A stretch of 64,000 bases of DNA, taken from assembly GCA_963842925.1 (NCBI GenBank), contig CAWJIL010000009.1, positions 6,244-70,243 on the forward strand. Reading direction: 5' to 3'. The translations under genes were made by a program, and so were the position numbers. The notes under the pieces are model-generated. The model saw only the letters and a program-made list of their open reading frames with translations, was not told the DNA's origin and did no database searches. Positions 27,401 to 34,175 of the stretch are shown here, in pieces. This DNA comes from an uncultured delta proteobacterium. GTDB taxonomy: Bacteria > Desulfobacterota > Desulfobacteria > Desulfobacterales > B30-G6. Position 1 is the first letter of the stretch. Each line of letters begins with the position of its first letter.

Positions 27401-28618
27401 GCTGTTTTCGGTTGGTTCTGTATAGTTGTTTGATGGCGGTATGTTCTTATGCTTTAATGCAAGTAATACTTTAAGTGTTCCGGCTGCCCCGGCACCTGTT
27501 AAAAGATGTCCGATGGTGGATTTGACCGAGCCGATGGGGCAGACGCCGGCATCCATTTTGATGCCCTGCCACAGGGTTGTGAGACTGCTCAGTTCGGTAT
27601 GATCCCCAAGGGGTGTGCCCGCCCCGTGACATTCAATCAGGTCCACCTGATCCGGTGTCCACCCGGTGGTGTCATAGGCCATGCGCATGGCTCTTACCTG
27701 GCCTTCACGCCTGGGTGCCAGGAGGCTGCCTCCCATATCGTTTGCAAGTCCGATGCCTTTGATGACCGCCAGAATATGGTCATGGTCTTTTTCAGCATCT
27801 TCCACACGTTTCAGCACAAACATGCCGACACCTTCCCCCACAACCAGACCGTCCGCACCTTTGTCAAAAGGCGCGCAGCGACCCGATGGCGACAAGGCAC
27901 GCAGCTGTGAAAATCCAACCTGTGTATAGAGGCAGTCAGGCCGTGACACCCCACCCACCAACATGGCATCCGCCCTGTGGTGTGACAAGGCATCACAGGC
28001 AAGCTTGAATGCTACCAACGATGATGCACAGGCTGCATCCAGTGTATAGCTACCGTTTCCAAGACCAAGTCCTTTGGCTAACAGAGCGGCCGGAAAACCG
28101 GTCATTCTGCCGGCCAGACATTGATTCCTGGTCAGGACCGCTCCCATCTCCCCGGTCATGGGGTGGAATAATTGCTTTTCGAGATAGCTCCCCAGGATTT
28201 TCTCCGCGATCAATGAGGACGCGTCCGTTGGGAGGGCAATAGCGGCAAGAATCACACCGGTTCGTTTTTTGTCGATGGATTCATGTCTGGCAGCCAAAAA
28301 TGCTTCTCTGCCAGCGTGCAGCACGATTCGGTGAAGGGGGTCAAGATCCTGAAGCATGTCTTTGTCAAGATCGAGATCATCAAAACAATAGTCCAAATCC
28401 TGGTTCAAGAGACAGGCCACCCTGGATATTGCCTTGTCAGGCTGCAGTCTTTCTGTGGTCATCATCGCCGGGTCCACCCGCCAGCGATCTTTTCCAAGCG
28501 CCTGAAAGGCATCTTTTTTGAGAACCAGATTTTCCCAGAAAGCATCCAGGCTTTTGGCACCCGGCAAGAGTCCGGCCATACTGACAATGGCGATATCGTA
28601 GGGTCTGGGCGTTTGCAT
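21482..28618 (-). CDS. PUFA/polyketide-synthase-like megasynthase, KS-CLF-AT-(FabA-type DH)x2 (PfaB/PfaC-like)
   Basis: KS Cys DAACASS (nt ~28016-28042) with HGAGT and GHLLTGAG. CLF with Cys replaced (FVVSCEEASG, ~26553-26581). AT GYSLGE (~25120-25145). FabA-type motifs CHFVDDMVMPG (~23016-23058) and AHFLNDPVCPG (~21770-21822). No DSL-type carrier motif seen. Confidence 0.85.
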   Translation of the reverse strand: MQTPRPYDIAIVSMAGLLPGAKSLDAFWENLVLKKDAFQALGKDRWRVDPAMMTTERLQPDKAISRVACLLNQDLDYCFDDLDLDKDMLQDLDPLHRIVLHAGREAFLAARHESIDKKRTGVILAAIALPTDASSLIAEKILGSYLEKQLFHPMTGEMGAVLTRNQCLAGRMTGFPAALLAKGLGLGNGSYTLDAACASSLVAFKLACDALSHHRADAMLVGGVSRPDCLYTQVGFSQLRALSPSGRCAPFDKGADGLVVGEGVGMFVLKRVEDAEKDHDHILAVIKGIGLANDMGGSLLAPRREGQVRAMRMAYDTTGWTPDQVDLIECHGAGTPLGDHTELSSLTTLWQGIKMDAGVCPIGSVKSTIGHLLTGAGAAGTLKVLLALKHKNIPPSNNYTEPTENSPLIGSPFRVQTEVSDWTLRDADTPRRAAVSAFGFGGINAHMLVEEWTQVKGHEKGAINLQTQAVLKNGDENDCSRISTREKPLVAIIGMSAAMGKLSTLRAFQEAVFNGQSIIEHHSHLRGIQTGADSYFSQLVPEHGAFMEEIPLDMGLFRIPPNEIPDILPQHLLMMKLCRSALISAGVPLREKRPRMGVMVGADFDFEATNFHLRWIVNRSIRGWEKKYGLNLQDPHITEWIRSLKASVSRPLTSNRTLGALPSVIASRIAKEFLLGGPSFVVSCEEASGIKALEIGVRALQDNASDTMLVGAVDFTGDLRYLATHHQIRPYSSTASVLPFDRSARGTLPGEGGTALVLKRLEDALVAKDRIYAIVKGFGSATGMAMESGRVSQEAYQVSLERATQEADIGLSDISLFEAHGSGIHTEDATESKVLNAISIDTGLHCALGSTKPIVGHMGAASGLSSIVKTSLCLYHKLIPPMPDYQRPGEIAWAKRFHVPIKAQYWFRNRETTSRKACVGGMTSDGNCTHVFLEEYEKVGRNSDPAVASDRLRPLGYQSSGLFVVEGDHDQEIIEGLGRLLDQIQKGISRGWPMELVARVWYEKTASQAGKKRALSLVIKDIHQAKNEIRKAKQLVASENRDTAPGHANIFYRPKPLGASAGTAFVFPGSGNHYLGMGRGMGTQWPLILGQMDAETRQLKKQMIPERFIPYRMSWENQWETQTLHQIHADPLSAIFGQVMHGCVTARLMQEFVASPEAVIGYSLGETAGLVAMGAWKGQDHLLKQMLESPLFKTALTGPCLSLRRAWKIEAQEKFEWQVVAVDRTANQVKRVLKQFPMTRLLIINSPRESVIGGEKESIQTLVKTLGCNAVFLDGVVTVHCDAVRPVEDDYRQLHLHPINPPGNMRFYSCAWGHAYDLTSEKTAASITEQALHGFDFTRTIQQAYEDGMRVFIEMGPRASCTRMIQQTLEDRPHLAVAVSRNGDDEYLSILKMLGALRAEMLDVQLDKLYGRISYPPEMNAVYDETLNKSRALSKEKESNQIPIRIPSRLPLPGSPPLLPGNTDSDMSFQEESKIEQAIDPVTAIDAISGMPSESLPHQIARELMQSVQENARTSSEAHQSYLEISSRITKGYQEAMALQAQLLSAQMQQAHETGTVATGPGTHPASTEPAPLYSRKDCLTFATGCVAEVFGPEFQVVDTYNARVRLPDEPLMLVDRVVSLVGEKCSLGSGRIVTEHDVLPGAWYLDGNRAPACISVEAGQADLFLSSYLGIDHEVKGRRTYRLLDACVTFFRGLPRPGETIRYDIEIEKFIRQGDTHLFFFKFKGFIDDNLLIQMKDGCAGFFTEEEVRNSGGIVSEGHDDTPKEVASGTDWRHPAPVTAESFSETDLDALRSGRLEEAFGAAFQGKTLSSSLWLPDGRMHLIDRVLTFDPYGGTFGKGLIRAEADVHPDDWYLTCHFVDDMVMPGTLMYECCAHTLRVFLQRIGWISDKEDACYEPLVGVESVLKCRGPVTPKTRHVVYEIDIKEMGYGPEPYALADARMTADGAYIVYFDSISIKLTRGSREEIENIWKIPPETATLEEPFPAVKKAPPAPKGNDTVIFNRKMLEEFAYGRPSIAFGEPYREFDSRRFIARLPKPPYLFMDRVVEAAPEPWVLKPGGWIQAEMDIDPDDWYFRANRTPNMPFCVLNEIALQPCGWLAAYMGSALRSEKDLRFRNLGGRAQLSRDVPAKRSSLTTRARLTQVSEAGDMIIEHYAFQILLSQQMVYQGQTHFGFFTRKALAEQVGLQQIHMSRYTLPEDLTGCKSMAMPDHAPTAPDDLSGHVHEHAVMPGRAIRMIDHMDAYLPQGGPHGHGFIKASKDVQPEEWFFKAHFLNDPVCPGSLGLESLIQALKFIALDRWPHLADDHCFTLKSDIHHQWTYRGQITPENRRIELVAVVTSVEEKPFPMLTADSLLTVDGLPIYHMEQFSIGLIPVTKR

Positions 28619-28803
28619 ATAGTTTATATTTTATCCACCAATGCCTCTTGGAACATCTTGAGGCGACAAGGTCGCATTTTAGGTTCTTCTCCCAATTAGT
28701 TGGGAGAAAGGGTTCAACTTTTTTGGAGATGATCCATATTTTATAAAATCGTATCACGATGTTATTGGGCTACATACCTGAGTCATGTTCTTATTTCAAC
28801 TGC

Positions 28804-28846
28804 GAATAAATTCGTTTCACGAATTTATATGACGCGGCTTGGCCGC
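28804..28846 (+). repeat. twin-hairpin (TH) copy followed by a T-run, orphan
   Basis: gaataaattcgt-ttca-cgaattt followed by gcggc-ttg-gccgc and T9. Confidence 0.7.
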
Positions 28847-28865
28847 TTTTTTTTTATTTCTTCAT

Positions 28866-28975
28866 TGAAAAACCGGTCCTTTGAACCAGGTCAGAGATAT
28901 TTGGCTATGCCAATGGCGGTAGTTACTTAAATCCGAAGCACGAAATTCGAAATTCGAAATTCTAAACAATATACG
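28866..28975 (-). repeat. RepA partial copy
   Basis: End module plus aaatccgaagcacgaaattcgaaattcgaaattctaaacaat. Confidence 0.8.
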
Positions 28976-29016
28976 ATTTATTCCAAACGTTTAACTCTAT
29001 GTAATTTTTAAACATT

Positions 29017-29075
29017 TCACTCGAATCCTCGAATCCTTAATTTTGGATCAACTCTTTTGGAGATGATCCAAAATT
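29017..29075 (-). repeat. RepE copy
   Basis: The reverse complement matches 1971-2038. Confidence 0.7.
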
Positions 29076-29269
29076 TTCATCATTCCAAACCTCCATTGCA
29101 GCGTACAATACTGATTTAGCATACGTACTATCTGGGAATTTTTCCAGGATTGCATTTTGCTTTGCTTATGGGAAACTGCCCATACCACGCCTGCCGGCAA
29201 AAAGGGTGGCTCTGACACTGCAATGCCTTGTCAGAAAACACATTCATATTTGAAAAGGAGGAACACACC

Positions 29270-29551
29270 ATGATGAGAACACAGAAATGGATGACGATTT
29301 TTATGCTTATAGCCCTGGTAATGCTTTCGAGCGGGTCTGTCTTCGCCGAGGAGCAGGGAAAAATCAATATCAACACGGCCACGGTCGAAGAACTGGCACA
29401 ACTGGACCGTGTCGGTCCCAGCTATGCAGATAAAATAGTTGCCTTTCGTCAGGAGAACGGTCCTTTTAAAGTGCCTGAGGACATCATGCTGGTAGCCGGT
29501 ATTGGTCAGAAAACCTTTGAAATCAACAAAGACAGGATCGTGGTCAAATAA
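29270..29551 (+). CDS. comEA: ComEA-like helix-hairpin-helix DNA-binding protein
   Basis: Signal/anchor segment followed by ININTATVEELAQLDRVGPSYADKIVAFRQENGPF...GIGQKTFE. RBS aggagg precedes the ATG at 29270. Confidence 0.65.
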   Translation: MMRTQKWMTIFMLIALVMLSSGSVFAEEQGKININTATVEELAQLDRVGPSYADKIVAFRQENGPFKVPEDIMLVAGIGQKTFEINKDRIVVK

Positions 29552-29571
29552 TTACAAAGAATGGTTGAAGT

Positions 29572-29664
29572 GCGACCCCGCGGGTTCCCGCCGTATCATC
29601 TCAAAGGAGTCATTTTACTGAAGGCAATTCTGTTGCCTTTCCCGCTATTCGACCCCGCGGGGTC
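29572..29664. promoter_or_regulatory. pair of GC-rich palindromes flanking a small hairpin
   Basis: acccgcgggt (within 29572-29587) and gaccccgcggggtc (29651-29664). Hairpin aaggcaa-ttctg-ttgcctt at 29621-29639. Confidence 0.4.
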
Positions 29665-29699
29665 AGCTATTCAGATCAGGTAATGAAAAGGAGAGAACC

Positions 29700-30107
29700 A
29701 TGGACTATGCCTACCAACGACTGGACGTCTGGAAAAAGGCGGTCGATCTTTCCATCAAGGTCATTCAATGTATCGCGGAGCTAGCCGATGAGCTTGAAAG
29801 TCAGCGTCTCACAGAAGAAATTGAAATGAGTGCCGTTAATATCGCCACCAATATTGCCAAAGGCAAGGCCTGTTTGTCGGAGGAGGATTTTATTTACTAC
29901 CTGTTTTTATCCAAAAGATCCCTATACGAAACCATGACACTGTTAGAAATTCTCAAAGCGAAGCAACTGATTACAGACGAGTGCTACACAGAAATAGAAA
30001 CAAAAGGTAAGAACATCACGACCATGCTGATCGAATTTATCCGTACGGTCAAAGATACCAACAGCCCCTATCAGGCAGAAAACTATCAGGCGGCTGTTAA
30101 GACTTAA
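29700..30107 (+). CDS. four-helix-bundle protein (23S rRNA IVS / Avd-like family), copy 1
   Basis: N-terminal YQRLDVWKKAVDL motif. Size and helical pattern typical of the family. Confidence 0.75.
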   Translation: MDYAYQRLDVWKKAVDLSIKVIQCIAELADELESQRLTEEIEMSAVNIATNIAKGKACLSEEDFIYYLFLSKRSLYETMTLLEILKAKQLITDECYTEIETKGKNITTMLIEFIRTVKDTNSPYQAENYQAAVKT

Positions 30108-30154
30108 CCAGAAGCCTATTTTGGTTTTAAAGCTAAATTCGAATTGAAGTAAAA

Positions 30155-30305
30155 AGCCAACAAGCCAAAGTAAAAACCAGATTTTGTTCCAAGGTCAAGG
30201 CGGAGTCGAATTTCAATCCGCAGGAATACTATCGTATTTTGAGGAATTGAAATGAGATTCCAACATAGAGATTGGGACAAAAGATATTTTTAATTGGCTT
30301 GTTTA
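30155..30305 (+). repeat. RepD long imperfect hairpin, copy 2
   Basis: Core 30181-30275 matches 745-838. The outer stem differs (agccaacaagcc / ggcttgttt). Confidence 0.8.
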
Positions 30306-30318
30306 AAGGAGGGAAGAG

Positions 30319-30708
30319 ATGACCTACATCTATGAAAAACTCGATGTATGGCAAAAAGCCATGCAATTTGCCGGGGATGTGATTGCATCCATCTCGATGA
30401 TAAGCAGCAAAGACCACCATCAAGAGGTGTTACAGAAAACAGAAGGCAGTGCAGCCGGCATTGCCGGTGCCATTGCCATGGGAAAATCCTACAGTTCAAA
30501 ACACGACTTTGCCAGACATCTGTATCAATCCAGGGGCGCCTTGTATCAAACCATGACCCTCCTGGAACTGTTGAAACGCAAGCGCATAATACCGGAAGAT
30601 ACCTTTGCTGATTTTGACACCAGGGCCAACCAACTGACCGCCATGTTGACCGCCCTGATCAAGTCGATCTACACACCCAAAACAGAAAATGGCAAAAAAG
30701 CATCCTAG
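30319..30708 (+). CDS. four-helix-bundle protein (23S rRNA IVS / Avd-like family), copy 2
   Basis: YEKLDVWQKAMQFAGDV motif. Paralogous to copy 1. Confidence 0.75.
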   Translation: MTYIYEKLDVWQKAMQFAGDVIASISMISSKDHHQEVLQKTEGSAAGIAGAIAMGKSYSSKHDFARHLYQSRGALYQTMTLLELLKRKRIIPEDTFADFDTRANQLTAMLTALIKSIYTPKTENGKKAS

Positions 30709-31351
30709 CCGCCGGGCTCCTATAATCAAGCCGAAGATTCTTGTGGATTACAGGGAAAAGAATTCTGGGCTTCCAAGTCTTCTGGTTGATGCAGGATTTG
30801 ACGTGGTTATAGTCAAACTGCCTTATTGTGACTACATTATTAACCATGGCATATCCATCGAAAGAAAGACCGGCAGGGATTTCGTTGTTTCAATTATAGA
30901 TGGAAGGCTGTTCGAACAAGCCAGGAAGATAAAACAATTCCTCCCTCGCCCCTTGTATCTTGTTGAGGGAAATCCATTGAATTTCAAGATCAATATTTCG
31001 AGGGATGCGGTCCTGGGAGCAGTTGTTTCTCTTCAAGCCATTTGGCAGATACCAATGATTCTTTCGGAAGATGTTGAGCAGTCATGTCACGTCATCAGTA
31101 TGATTTTCCATCAGTCCAGAAAATTACCAACTCTTGTTGAAATGAGACATGGGTATCGCCCAAAAAAATTGAGAAGTAGAAAGTTGCATCTACTTCAAGG
31201 ATTGCCGCAGGTTGGGCCTCAGCTCGCCAAACGATTACTGGATCATTTCAAATCCGTACAAAACGCTTTGAACGCAAGTGAAAAGGATCTGTTAAAGGTC
31301 CATGGGATTGGAAAAAAGAAAGCCATACTGATTAAAAAAGTGTTGACTTGA
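30689..31351 (+). CDS. ERCC4/XPF-type nuclease with a C-terminal (HhH)2 domain
   Basis: VDYRE, CDYII and ISIERKTGRDFVVSIIDGRLFEQ motifs, then LQGLPQVGPQLAKRLL...VHGIGKKKA. 20-nt overlap with the preceding gene. Confidence 0.75.
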   Translation: MAKKHPSRRAPIIKPKILVDYREKNSGLPSLLVDAGFDVVIVKLPYCDYIINHGISIERKTGRDFVVSIIDGRLFEQARKIKQFLPRPLYLVEGNPLNFKINISRDAVLGAVVSLQAIWQIPMILSEDVEQSCHVISMIFHQSRKLPTLVEMRHGYRPKKLRSRKLHLLQGLPQVGPQLAKRLLDHFKSVQNALNASEKDLLKVHGIGKKKAILIKKVLT

Positions 31352-31398
31352 GTCAGTCTGGGTTACCTATATTATAATAGCGACGCAGTCGCGTAGGA

Positions 31399-31435
31399 TA
31401 AAATCGGATAGTTTAACTATCCGATTTTATTTTTG
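31399..31435 (+). terminator. intrinsic terminator / TH-type hairpin
   Basis: aaaatcggatag-ttta-actatccgatttt followed by a T-run. Preceded by the gcgac-gca-gtcgc hairpin. Confidence 0.65.
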
Positions 31436-31745
31436 GATTGACATCCCCCGCAAGATATGTTCATCTTCTGAACGCTTTTTTTTGCATACCAGCAACAAGA
31501 TGGGCCATCCTATCGAGACAATCAAATCAGCAACAGCATACTGGTCACGTTTTCTTCCCGTGTAACCGACCAGGCGGAGCTGTCCCGAATATTTCACGAA
31601 ACTGCAGTAACCGTGGTTCTGACAATTGCACGTCGCCCACAGAGCTAACGAATGACGACTCGCGGCATGCGAAGCACTGCCGAACGGCAGAACCCGCGGG
31701 GAATTAGACCCGAAAGAGATTAAATCACAATATGACTTTATCAAT

Positions 31746-31791
31746 TATAGCGGCGAAGCCGCGTCTCATTAATTCGCGGAGTGAATTAATT
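31746..31791 (-). repeat. twin-hairpin (TH) copy, inverted orientation
   Basis: gcggc-gaa-gccgc followed by aattcgc-ggag-tgaatt. Abuts the next start codon. Confidence 0.55.
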
Positions 31792-32374
31792 GATGGATAA
31801 CCAGGACATCCGAACCCTTAAAATTCTTGAGGAAATCGAGAAAAGTTCCCGCTTGAGTCAGCGCTACCTGGCAGAACATCTCCATATTTCTCTGGGATTG
31901 GTGAACTCTTTTTTTAAACGCTTGGCCAAAAAAGGTTTTTACAGGGTCTGCGCCGCACCCAAGAACCGTATTGACTACCTTCTGACACCCAAGGGTGTTG
32001 TCGAAAAGAACCGACTCACCTATGCGTATATTCAGTTTTCTTTTCAATTTTTTGTTGATGCACGTCATAAAATAAAGCGAACCCTCAAGAAACTGGAAGA
32101 AGATGGCATGCGCGAAATCATTTTCTACGGTACCAGCGACCTGGCAGAAATTACCTATGGGTCACTTAAGGATACACCGTTAAAGTTCCAAGCAATGGTG
32201 GATGATCAACATAAGGGCAAGCTGTTTTTGGGACATACCATTCGATCATTTGATGCACTCAACACCCTATCCTTTGATAAAATTTTGATCACGGCATTTT
32301 CCGCCACGGAAAATCCCGTGGATGTATTGATAAAAAAAAATATTCACAAGAGTAGGATCAGTTTGATTAAATAG
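31790..32374 (+). CDS. winged-helix (MarR-like, EPS-associated type) regulator with a C-terminal Rossmann-like extension
   Basis: wHTH segment LSQRYLAEHLHISLGLVNSFFKRLAKKGF. The track start is TTG; ATG follows at 31793. Confidence 0.6.
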   Translation: MMDNQDIRTLKILEEIEKSSRLSQRYLAEHLHISLGLVNSFFKRLAKKGFYRVCAAPKNRIDYLLTPKGVVEKNRLTYAYIQFSFQFFVDARHKIKRTLKKLEEDGMREIIFYGTSDLAEITYGSLKDTPLKFQAMVDDQHKGKLFLGHTIRSFDALNTLSFDKILITAFSATENPVDVLIKKNIHKSRISLIK

Positions 32375-32376
32375 AT

Positions 32377-32535
32377 ACCCGGGTCCAAAGGGCCAGGCAC
32401 TGATTCAACCCTATAAGGGATTAATATTATAAATATTCAGCGTGTGATAAATTCTAAATCCGAATATCGAAATACGAAACAAACCCAAATATCTCTGACC
32501 TGGCCCAAAGGACCAGGTTTTATATGACGAAATAA
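32377..32535 (+). repeat. RepA partial copy (lacks the second arm)
   Basis: Left end and first arm are fused directly to the end module ctctgacctggcccaaaggaccagg. Confidence 0.85.
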
Positions 32536-32549
32536 AAGATAGAGGGCCT

Positions 32550-33797
32550 ATGAATTCCAATCGACAGAAAATAGATCAGTTGATCCAAAAAGGTGTGAAT
32601 ATTCCCAACCCCGAAAGTGTTGAAATCGGCCAAGAAGTCAAGGTTGAAAACATATCGGATAATGGGGTCATTATCCATTCAGGGTGCCGCTTGTTTGGAA
32701 AATCAACCCTTATCATGGGACAGACACAAATCGGCTATGAATCCCCGGTCACCATCCAGGATTGCCAGGTCGGCCCCCAGGTCGCCCTCAAAGGGGGTTT
32801 TTTCAAAGAATCTGTTTTTCTGGAAAAAGCCAGTGCCGGAAGCGGATCTCATGTCAGGGAAGGGTGTATTTTTGAAGAAGAGGCCAACATTGCCCATACT
32901 GTGGGTCTCAAACAAACCATCCTGTTTCCTTTTGTAACCCTTGGCAGTCTGATCAATTTCTGTGACTGCCTCATGGCGGGGGGAACCAGCAGGAAAGATC
33001 ACAGTGAGGTCGGCAGCGCCTATATCCATTTCAATTTTACCCCCAACCAGGACAAGGCAACAGCCACGCTTCTGGGTGATGTGCCTAAAGGGGTCATGCT
33101 TGATCAATTGCCGATTTTTCTGGGAGGGCAGGGGGGTCTGGTAGGACCCAGTCGTCTGGCCTTCGGGACGGTCATTGTGGCAGGCACCCTGTTTCGAAAA
33201 GATGCGACCAAGCCCGGAAGAATGTGGTTCGAGGGTGCAGGCAAGGGGGGCAATGCCCCTTTTGTTCCCGGACTCTATCGGGGCATCAAACGCATCGCGG
33301 TGAACAACAGCCTCTATATCGGAAACCTCATCGCCCTCCTGCATTGGTATCAACACCTGCGGTCTCTTTTTATTTCAGACAAATTCCCGGAGGTACTCCA
33401 GACAGCCGTCATAGAAAAATTGCAGTTGATCATTCAAGAACGCATGCAGCGATTCAATCAACTGATCGAGAAAATGCCCTTATCCATTCAAAAATATAAG
33501 GATATTTATCACATGGACGCTGATGCAAAAATCATGGTTCAACAAAAAGAACTGCACGAAAAACAAGAGGCTGTCAACAGCTGCCTGCTTTCCATGCAGA
33601 CATACCCGGGAGACACCGCCCTGAGAGATCCATTCTTGAAACAGGCAGCACACGCCTCACAGAACAATGACAAAGAATACATCAAGACCATCCAGACCCT
33701 CGACCCCAAAGCAAAGCAGATGGGAAGCAACTGGCTTCAGGGAATCGTGGACAAAACGCTTGAGGAGGTAATGGCGATTCTGCATAGTTTCCGCTAA
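32550..33797 (+). CDS. left-handed beta-helix (hexapeptide-repeat) protein, GlmU C-terminal-like, with a helical C-terminal domain
   Basis: Repetitive [LIV]-G-x4 pattern across the N-terminal 230 aa. Lies upstream of glmM. Confidence 0.5.
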   Translation: MNSNRQKIDQLIQKGVNIPNPESVEIGQEVKVENISDNGVIIHSGCRLFGKSTLIMGQTQIGYESPVTIQDCQVGPQVALKGGFFKESVFLEKASAGSGSHVREGCIFEEEANIAHTVGLKQTILFPFVTLGSLINFCDCLMAGGTSRKDHSEVGSAYIHFNFTPNQDKATATLLGDVPKGVMLDQLPIFLGGQGGLVGPSRLAFGTVIVAGTLFRKDATKPGRMWFEGAGKGGNAPFVPGLYRGIKRIAVNNSLYIGNLIALLHWYQHLRSLFISDKFPEVLQTAVIEKLQLIIQERMQRFNQLIEKMPLSIQKYKDIYHMDADAKIMVQQKELHEKQEAVNSCLLSMQTYPGDTALRDPFLKQAAHASQNNDKEYIKTIQTLDPKAKQMGSNWLQGIVDKTLEEVMAILHSFR

Positions 33798-33954
33798 AGG
33801 TGCTTGAAAAAGATACGAGACTGGGAAAAAAAGAACGCCCAACATCGAATTTTGAATGGGTTTAAATGAAGAAACAGAAATTAGCTCATAACTGATAGCT
33901 CATAGGACTTGACCAGCTAACAACTACCAACTATCAGCTGATAGTGTGTTTTCA

Positions 33955-33996
33955 TTCGATGTTGGACGTTCGATGTTCGATGTTCGACGTTCATTT
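33955..33996. repeat. heptamer array (ttcgatg)x6
   Basis: ttcgatg ttggacg ttcgatg ttcgatg ttcgacg ttcattt. Confidence 0.9.
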
Positions 33997-34002
33997 TTTG
34001 AT

Positions 34003-34150
34003 GAACTCGTAAAAAGTCAAATTTAGACGGTTTTGTAAAAAGTTCAAATTCAAGGCGTGCAAATTTTGCTATCATGAGGCGTACTTACTGTACGTTGAAT
34101 GATGGCTAAATGCAGCACAACGCCGAAGTTGGGCTTTTTACGAAACCGTC
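34003..34150 (+). repeat. RepC copy 2
   Basis: See 3377-3526. It overlaps the spurious N-terminal extension of the glmM track ORF. Confidence 0.85.
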
Positions 34151-34175
34151 ATCTTTTAATCAGAGGATATTGTTT

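Noticed and set aside
21518-28699. Dozens of 60-170-aa ORFs on the plus strand and in alternative frames inside the megasynthase gene
   Set aside because: They are shadow ORFs of a long, motif-rich minus-strand CDS. None has a recognisable motif.
29700-30708. Diversity-generating retroelement suspected because Avd belongs to the four-helix-bundle family
   Set aside because: I could find no reverse transcriptase ORF and no template/variable repeat pair with adenine-specific differences in or near the module.
31427-31744. 105-aa (minus) and 89-aa (plus, 31438-31707) ORFs as genes
   Set aside because: They overlap each other, have Cys/Ser/Arg-rich odd composition and no RBS or motifs. The region is reported as an unexplained non-coding stretch instead.
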